DNA of 64,000 nt from an uncultured Chloroflexia bacterium (GTDB lineage: Bacteria > Chloroflexota > Limnocylindria > QHBO01): NCBI GenBank assembly GCA_963812115.1, contig CAWEUD010000043.1, positions 123,535 through 187,534 of the forward strand, read 5' to 3'. The translations under genes and the position numbers were made by a program. Positions 58,887 to 64,000 of this stretch are shown piece by piece; position 1 is the first letter of the stretch; each line of letters opens with the position of its first letter. The notes under the pieces were generated by a model that did no database searches, was not told the DNA's origin, and saw only the letters and a list, made by a program, of their open reading frames with translations.

Positions 58887-59336
58887 CTACCAGAGCGCCA
58901 GGCCGGTGACCTCGTCGGGCGTCCGCACCAGATCGACACCGGTCATCTCGCGAATCGTGACCTCCGCGACCCAGACCTCGCAGCCGGCGAGCAGATGCCC
59001 GCCCACCGTGCCGCCGCTGCGGTCGGAGAAGTCGGCATGCGCGTGCAGGAAGGGCGTGCCGTCCCGCAGCGAGATGTTCCCGGCGAAGCCGCTCAGCTCA
59101 TGGTGGGAATCGCTCGAGTTCTCGACGTAGCGCTTGGCCTGCTGGTCGTAGTACGCGAACGCCGAGTGCTGCACGGCGCCGACCACGCTGACCCAGGCTG
59201 CGGAGACGTCGCGCTCGGCGCAGAACGCCTCGATCTCGCGTACGAGGTCACTGCCCGTCGCCAGCCGTCCCACGAAGGTCCGGCCAGGCTTCGCTTCCCA
59301 GAAGCGTGATTCCATGAGCTCTGTCTCTCCTCTCAC
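58887..59336 (-). CDS. PPC-domain (DUF296) protein
   Basis: …FVGRLATGSDLVREIEAFCAERDVSAAWVSVVGAVQ…LSGFAGNISLRDGTPFLHAHADFSD…GGHL matches the PPC/DUF296 fold. The GTG start overlaps the FtsX-permease stop (GTGA). An alternative ATG lies at 59315. Confidence 0.7.
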   Translation of the reverse strand: MRGETELMESRFWEAKPGRTFVGRLATGSDLVREIEAFCAERDVSAAWVSVVGAVQHSAFAYYDQQAKRYVENSSDSHHELSGFAGNISLRDGTPFLHAHADFSDRSGGTVGGHLLAGCEVWVAEVTIREMTGVDLVRTPDEVTGLALW

Positions 59337-61879
59337 TCGAAGTGCTTGAGCGCGCCGGTCACCGACATCCGAGCGGCCGAGCGCGCCGGGTAGATGCCGG
59401 CTGCGGACGCAATCGCGATGCCGAGCAGCACCACCGCGCCCATGATCGCCCAGGGCACCGAGAGGCCGGCGGCGAAGTCGCCGGGCGCGCCCAGCGACAC
59501 GGCGGCCCAGGCGACCAGCATCCCGACGCCCACGGCCACCAGCCCGCCGACCGTGCCGATGATGGCGGCCTCCGTCACGACCATGGCCTGCACCTGTGCC
59601 ATCGTCATGCCATGAGAACGCAGGATCGCGATCTCGCGCGAGCGCTCGACCACCCCCATCGCCAGCGTGTTCACGATCCCGAGGCCTCCGATCAGGACGG
59701 CCAGCAGCGCCAGCACATCGAACAGGCCGATCAGGCGGTTCAGCGAGCGACCCAGCTCATCCGCGAGGGAGGCCGCGGTCAATGGCTCGGCGGAGAGGCT
59801 CGCGGCCGTGGCCTCTACCTCCTGCTGGTACGCAGCGGGGCTGACGCCCTCGCGAGGGATCAGGGCCCAGAGCTCGGCGGTCGTCCCGCCAAAGACATCG
59901 CGGGCATCGGCCAGGCTGACGAGCAGTGCACCGTCCGCGGTTCGCGTCGGCAGCGAGTAGGCCACGATCCCGGCCACGCGGAACGCCGTCACGTCCCCGC
60001 CCGGCTGCGCCAGCGGCAGGGCGTCCCCTACCGCAAGCCCATCGCGGAGCGCCACCGGCTCCGGCACCAGGACAGCATGACCGGCGCGCAGCGCCTCGAA
60101 CGCCGCTCCGCGCCGGCCCTCCACGAAGATCAGCGCGCCCTGGTCCTGGTAGACGGTCGGATCGATGCCCGCCACCCATGCCTCGCGCGTCGCGCCAGCC
60201 GCACCATCGGGCAGGACGACGGCCGGAACCTCAACGATGGGCGTCGCCGCGCGCGTTCCTCCGATCGCCTCCATGCGCGGGCGCAGGTTCTCCACCTCGT
60301 CGGCCACGGTGAGGCGGATGGCGTAGCCACCGGGCAGGATGGAGCTGACCCAACGGTCGGCCGTGGCGCGGGCGCTGGCCGAGACCGCACTCAGGGCAAC
60401 CACGGCGGCCAGCCCAATGACCAGCGCACCGACCGTCAGGCCCGTCCGGACCCGGTCTCGCGCCAGGTTGGCGCGGCCCAGCAGGCCCTGCGCGCCGAAG
60501 AACCACTCGAACGGTCGGCCGACCAGCGCTGCCAACGGCTGCAGTAGGAAGCCAACGGCCACGGCGCCGAAGAGCAGGATTGCCGCAGCGACGAGCAGGG
60601 CTGCGGGCGACTGGTCACCGCGATCGAGCGGGTAAGCCACGAGCGCCACGACCAGGGCCAGCATTACCAGCCCGGCGATCGCAGGTAGCCGGTCCCGAAG
60701 CCGGCGGGCAGGGCCGCTGGAGGGCCGCAGCGCTTCGAGCGGCGAGACGCGCGCGGCCGCGAAAGCGGGTAGCAGCGAGGCGCCGACCGTGACCCCGGCG
60801 CCGATCACAAACGCGAGCGCCATGGCGCCGGCATTCACCGGCGCACCGGTGACGAGCAGCGCCCGCGTGCTGCGCAGGAACACGATCAGCAGCACCGCGA
60901 CCAACGCACCGAGCGCGATGCCGAGGATGCCGCCGGCCACCGACAGCACGGCGCCCTGCCGCAGGAAGAGGCCGAGGACCTGGCGCGACGTGGTCCCGGC
61001 CGCGCGAAGCAGGCCGATCTCGCGGATGCGCTCGCTCACCGTCATGGCCAGCGTGTTGGCGACCAGGAAGGCGCCGACCGCGACGGCGACCAGGCTGAAG
61101 AGGAAGGCGATGCCGGAGAACCCGGCCTGCGCCCGCGTCAGCTGTGCCTCTTCATCGGCCACCGTCTCGACCACGAAGGGTTCGCCCAGCGTCGCATCCA
61201 GCGCCGCCTGAACTTCATCCACGTGACCGTCGCCCACCTGGAGATCGACGTATCGGACGGGGACGGGCACGTCGAACGCCTCGGCGAGGAACCCGCGGTT
61301 GAGTACCACCACCGACCCGGACGAGAGTGCGCCGAAGCCAACATCATCGAGGAGGCCGATGATCCTGAGCGGCGGCACCTCGGGGCGGTGGCCGTCGAGG
61401 ATCAACTCATCGTCGATGGCGAATCCATTGTCGTAAGCCCATCGTGCGTTCACCAGCACTCCGTTGGGGACTCCCTGATCGAGGAATGTGCCCCCGACGA
61501 GGTGCGTGGGGCGAATTCGCGCCTCGTCAGGGGCGTCCAGGCCGACCAGCAGGACAGGGAAGACGCGGTCGTTGGCGCTCGGCGTGGTGCTGACCACACC
61601 CCGGCGCTGGGCAACGGCGGCTGCATTCATGACGCCGGGCACCTGTCGCAGCGAGCTAACCGCGCGGGGCGTGAAGCCACTGCCGTCGAAGGCCCGGACC
61701 CGCAGGTCCGCCGAGCCGTAGAGCTCCTGCGCGGCGCGCCGCACCGCATCCGTGGTGGCCTGGCTGGCGACGAGCGTGGCTGCCAGGATGGCGACGCCCA
61801 TGGCGACGCCGATCACCGTCAGGGTCGTGCGTAACGGCCGGGCGGCCAGGCTGCGCCAGGCCAGGCCGCCGAATCTCAT
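59333..61879 (-). CDS. ABC transporter permease with duplicated FtsX domains (MacB/YtrF-like, 848 aa)
   Basis: Two FtsX-type 4-TM modules, each preceded by a large extracytoplasmic domain. Intact. Confidence 0.85.
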   Translation of the reverse strand: MRFGGLAWRSLAARPLRTTLTVIGVAMGVAILAATLVASQATTDAVRRAAQELYGSADLRVRAFDGSGFTPRAVSSLRQVPGVMNAAAVAQRRGVVSTTPSANDRVFPVLLVGLDAPDEARIRPTHLVGGTFLDQGVPNGVLVNARWAYDNGFAIDDELILDGHRPEVPPLRIIGLLDDVGFGALSSGSVVVLNRGFLAEAFDVPVPVRYVDLQVGDGHVDEVQAALDATLGEPFVVETVADEEAQLTRAQAGFSGIAFLFSLVAVAVGAFLVANTLAMTVSERIREIGLLRAAGTTSRQVLGLFLRQGAVLSVAGGILGIALGALVAVLLIVFLRSTRALLVTGAPVNAGAMALAFVIGAGVTVGASLLPAFAAARVSPLEALRPSSGPARRLRDRLPAIAGLVMLALVVALVAYPLDRGDQSPAALLVAAAILLFGAVAVGFLLQPLAALVGRPFEWFFGAQGLLGRANLARDRVRTGLTVGALVIGLAAVVALSAVSASARATADRWVSSILPGGYAIRLTVADEVENLRPRMEAIGGTRAATPIVEVPAVVLPDGAAGATREAWVAGIDPTVYQDQGALIFVEGRRGAAFEALRAGHAVLVPEPVALRDGLAVGDALPLAQPGGDVTAFRVAGIVAYSLPTRTADGALLVSLADARDVFGGTTAELWALIPREGVSPAAYQQEVEATAASLSAEPLTAASLADELGRSLNRLIGLFDVLALLAVLIGGLGIVNTLAMGVVERSREIAILRSHGMTMAQVQAMVVTEAAIIGTVGGLVAVGVGMLVAWAAVSLGAPGDFAAGLSVPWAIMGAVVLLGIAIASAAGIYPARSAARMSVTGALKHFE

Positions 61880-61884
61880 GGGCC

Positions 61885-62631
61885 CTACAGTCCGAGGCCG
61901 GCCAGGCGCGCGATCAGCGGACGCGCCTCGTGGTCGCGTCGACGCCCCAGCTCGATCTCGTCCAGGACTGTGCCGTCCTGCACGACCAGGACTCGATCTG
62001 CGTAGGCAGCGGCCTGCGCGGCGTGCGTCACCAGCACGATCGTCTGACCAAGCCGGTCACAGGAGTCCCAGAGGAGGTCCAGGATCTCGATGCCGGTGGT
62101 GTAGTCGAGGTTCCCCGTCGGCTCGTCTGCAAGCAGGATCGCCGGACTGGTGGCCAGCGCTCGCGCCAGGGCTACGCGCTGCTGCTCGCCGGCGGATAGC
62201 TGATCGGGCCGGTGGGCCGCTTTGCTGGCGAGGCCCACCAGCTCCAGCAGCTCGTCGACGCGCTCCCGGTGCTGGGCAAGCGTGCCGCCGGCGATGATGA
62301 AGGGGAGGGCAACGTTCTCCGCCACGTTCAGCAGGGGGATCAGGTTGAAGAACTGGAAGACGAAGCCCGTCTTCGCCCGACGCGTCAACGTTGCGGCCTC
62401 ATCGTCCAGCTCGCTGATGTTGACCCCATCGATCATCACCTGCCCGCTGGTGGGGCGATCGAGGCCACCCAGCAGGTGGAGCATGGTCGACTTGCCCGAC
62501 CCGGAGCTGCCCATGATGGCCAGAAACTCGCCCTGCGCCACGGAGAGCGAGACGCCCCGCAGAACCTCCACCGATCCGAGACCGATTTGGTAGCGCTTGA
62601 CCAGGTCGCGCGCCTCAAGGATGGCCGGCAT
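61885..62631 (-). CDS. ABC transporter ATP-binding protein (MacB/LolD-type)
   Basis: Walker A GSSGSGKST, signature LSAGEQQRV, Walker B LLADEPTGNLD. Confidence 0.9.
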   Translation of the reverse strand: MPAILEARDLVKRYQIGLGSVEVLRGVSLSVAQGEFLAIMGSSGSGKSTMLHLLGGLDRPTSGQVMIDGVNISELDDEAATLTRRAKTGFVFQFFNLIPLLNVAENVALPFIIAGGTLAQHRERVDELLELVGLASKAAHRPDQLSAGEQQRVALARALATSPAILLADEPTGNLDYTTGIEILDLLWDSCDRLGQTIVLVTHAAQAAAYADRVLVVQDGTVLDEIELGRRRDHEARPLIARLAGLGL

Positions 62632-62679
62632 GCGGGAGCAGTCTAGTCGGATGTCACCCGGCGGGATGCCGCGTCCGGT

Positions 62680-63591
62680 CTAGAGGAAGTACGAAAGGAG
62701 CGATCCGAGAACGGTCTCGAAGATGCCGCTCGATGGAGATTCGCTCGCCTCCACGCGCAGCGATTCCCCGCTCGCCACCTCGACCGGCGGTTCCGTCGCC
62801 CCATCGAGGCTGCGAATTCGCGCCAGGGCGTGCTCAGCAGATGCCACTGCCGGCTGGGCCGCCACCAGGAGCGCTCCCCCGTCCAGCGGCTGGCTGGCAC
62901 GCGGCGCGGCGGGCGTCGCCACCCGCTGCACCGCGACCGCCGGGGCCGCGGTGGGCGCTGGCGCCGACGGAGCCGTTCCCCCGCCGGACCGTGGTGGCGG
63001 TGGCGTGGTCGTCGACGGTGGCGGTGGCGTGGTCACTGTCGCCGCCTGCATGAACAGCTCGGTGTAGAAGCGCGGGTTGCGCTGCTGGCCGAGGAAGTTG
63101 ACATTGTCGGCCGCGTAGGCTCCGACCCCGCCGTGCGTCCAGGACGGTTCCAGGACGTTGGCGCGGTGGCCCGGCGAGTTCATGAATCCCTCGTGGATGG
63201 CCACCGGCGAATCCGAATCGGTGTAGCCGTTGTTCCAGCCGATGTTCTCGCCGCCCCACTTGTACCGCAGCCCGTTGGTGTCGTACCAGTGATAGACCTG
63301 GTACGAGGTCCCCAGGATCACGTGGTCGAAGTAGCTTCGCTCGACCTGGTCCTTGCTCCGCCATCGGGCCAGCGAGACGAGCGTTCCATTCTGCTGGAGG
63401 GCTCGCAGGCCGTTGTTCACGCGCGCGCCGTTCATCAGCTGCCAGAGCGTCGCCTCGGCGCTGCCCTGGTTCCAACCGGTTGCCGGCGACGGGGCCCACG
63501 CCAGGAGGGCGGCCGCCATGAACGCGGTCCCGGCCAGGGCTGCAGCCCGGCGCAGGGCTCCCACCCCGTGGTTCTCGCGGTGTCGCGTCAT
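62680..63591 (-). CDS. Secreted CAP/SCP/PR-1 domain protein with a Pro/Thr-rich linker and a C-terminal tail
   Basis: Signal peptide (MTRHRENHGVGALRRAAALAGTAFMAAALLAWA), then the CAP core (…YFDHVILGTSYQVYHWYDTNGLRY…HEGFMNSPGHRANVL…GGVGAY…). The start is trimmed to the internal ATG. Confidence 0.7.
   Translation of the reverse strand: MTRHRENHGVGALRRAAALAGTAFMAAALLAWAPSPATGWNQGSAEATLWQLMNGARVNNGLRALQQNGTLVSLARWRSKDQVERSYFDHVILGTSYQVYHWYDTNGLRYKWGGENIGWNNGYTDSDSPVAIHEGFMNSPGHRANVLEPSWTHGGVGAYAADNVNFLGQQRNPRFYTELFMQAATVTTPPPPSTTTPPPPRSGGGTAPSAPAPTAAPAVAVQRVATPAAPRASQPLDGGALLVAAQPAVASAEHALARIRSLDGATEPPVEVASGESLRVEASESPSSGIFETVLGSLLSYFL
62993..63034. repeat. Two copies of the 18-nt unit GGTGGCGGTGGCGTGGTC separated by GTCGAC (encodes the TTPPPP-STTTPPPP linker on the minus strand)
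   Basis: Read directly from the sequence. Confidence 0.6.
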
Positions 63592-63766
63592 GCCAAGCTC
63601 CGGTCCTGCGTCGTGAAAGATCCTCCTCACCGTAGCCTCCGGGAACGGCCATAGCACTAGCGCTGTGGTCCGGGTAGGGGGCATGACTCCGACCCACGCG
63701 GGTACCACCGGCGGATGGGAGGATCGGCCCAACATGGGTGGCACGCCGATTGCGCGAGCAGCGGTC

Positions 63767-64000
63767 ATGAGCGAATCAATCGGGCGTCATCGATGGGCCA
63801 TCGCCGAGGGCTACATCCCATCAGGCAGCACCGGCCCGGACGGGACCATGACCAGCCACGAGACCGCCAGCATCCTCAACGCCGGTGAGTCCGACGCGCA
63901 CGTCGAGATCTGGATCTACCATGCCGATCGCGAGCCCGTCGGGCCCTACCGGGTGACGGTCGGGGCCCGGCGCACGGCCCACATCAGGTTTAACGACCTG
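63767..64000 (+). CDS. Sensory-rhodopsin-transducer-like (ASRT/DUF1362 family) protein, 3'-truncated by the window end
   Basis: Translation MSESIGRHRWAIAEGYIPSGSTGPDGTMTSHETASILNAGESDAHVEIWIYHADREPVGPYRVTVGARRTAHIRFNDL matches the ASRT beta-sandwich family. It is not in the ORF table because it runs off the window. Confidence 0.65.
   Translation, partial: MSESIGRHRWAIAEGYIPSGSTGPDGTMTSHETASILNAGESDAHVEIWIYHADREPVGPYRVTVGARRTAHIRFNDL

Overview
This is a high-GC (about 68-70%), gene-dense bacterial chromosomal segment. Actinobacteria-like markers are present (Holin-X, DUF3105, a deazaflavin/F420-type Ddn-like DUF385 protein). The taxonomic guess is inference only. No integrase, transposase, prophage structural gene or CRISPR array was seen.

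Genes recognised in order:
- a 5'-truncated MscS channel
- clpX (minus), divergent ogt, then clpP and tig (the classic tig-clpP-clpX arrangement on the minus strand)
- a cupin + class III nucleotidyl cyclase
- tRNA-Leu(TAG)
- a DUF3618-like / Holin-X-like membrane pair
- a frameshifted DUF3105 gene followed by an SLH-like remnant
- tRNA-Lys(CTT)
- an amylo-alpha-1,6-glucosidase (GDE family) plus a GT4 glycosyltransferase
- two M16 peptidases
- a multi-TM PAS histidine kinase whose GTG start overlaps the stop of an upstream J-domain protein
- a complete cyanophycin locus: cphB, then cphA overlapping it by GTGA, a convergent CphA paralog that has the N and Mur-ligase (M) domains but no ATP-grasp (G) domain, and a divergent M20 peptidase
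- a thioesterase
- a 2-oxoacid dehydrogenase operon (lpd-E1alpha-E1beta-E2, with lipA and lipB just downstream)
- an AlkD-like repair protein
- two MBL-fold hydrolases
- PadR plus a membrane protein
- an FAD oxidoreductase
- an SDR epimerase
- a NodIJ-like ABC exporter
- pgsA and plsY
- ndh
- aceE
- a second J-domain/zinc-ribbon protein
- an AT-rich island holding a textbook TTGACA-N17-TATATT promoter. It drives a 52-aa ORF that is missing from the ORF table, then DUF2089, a DUF4097 toastrack protein and a SHOCT-like protein (a LiaX/YvlB-like stress module). This is followed by an MFS-ABC ATPase in-frame fusion and two ABC-2 permeases.
- a KimA-like APC permease
- a GT39-like membrane glycosyltransferase
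- a Ddn-like protein
- tRNA-Arg(TCG)
- a REC-PAS protein divergent from a Crp/Fnr regulator, with a 9-bp perfect inverted repeat in the shared intergenic region
- a PPC/DUF296 protein
- a MacB-type FtsX permease plus its ATPase
- a secreted CAP-domain protein
- a partial ASRT (sensory-rhodopsin-transducer-like) gene at the window edge

Single-nucleotide frameshifts are strikingly common in conserved genes. They cluster at roughly 33.1-36.7 kb and 47.4-56.1 kb, and sporadic ones hit lpd, the E1alpha gene, lipB and the DUF3105 gene. Meanwhile several 2.5-3 kb genes (cphA, aceE, FtsX, the histidine kinase) are intact. This points either to regional assembly or consensus errors, or to genuine local gene decay.

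The most interesting candidates for further study are the G-domain-less CphA paralog with its M20 peptidase, the J-domain/histidine-kinase coupled pair, and the consensus-promoter stress module. All coordinates were hand-indexed from the printed sequence and may be off by a few nucleotides.
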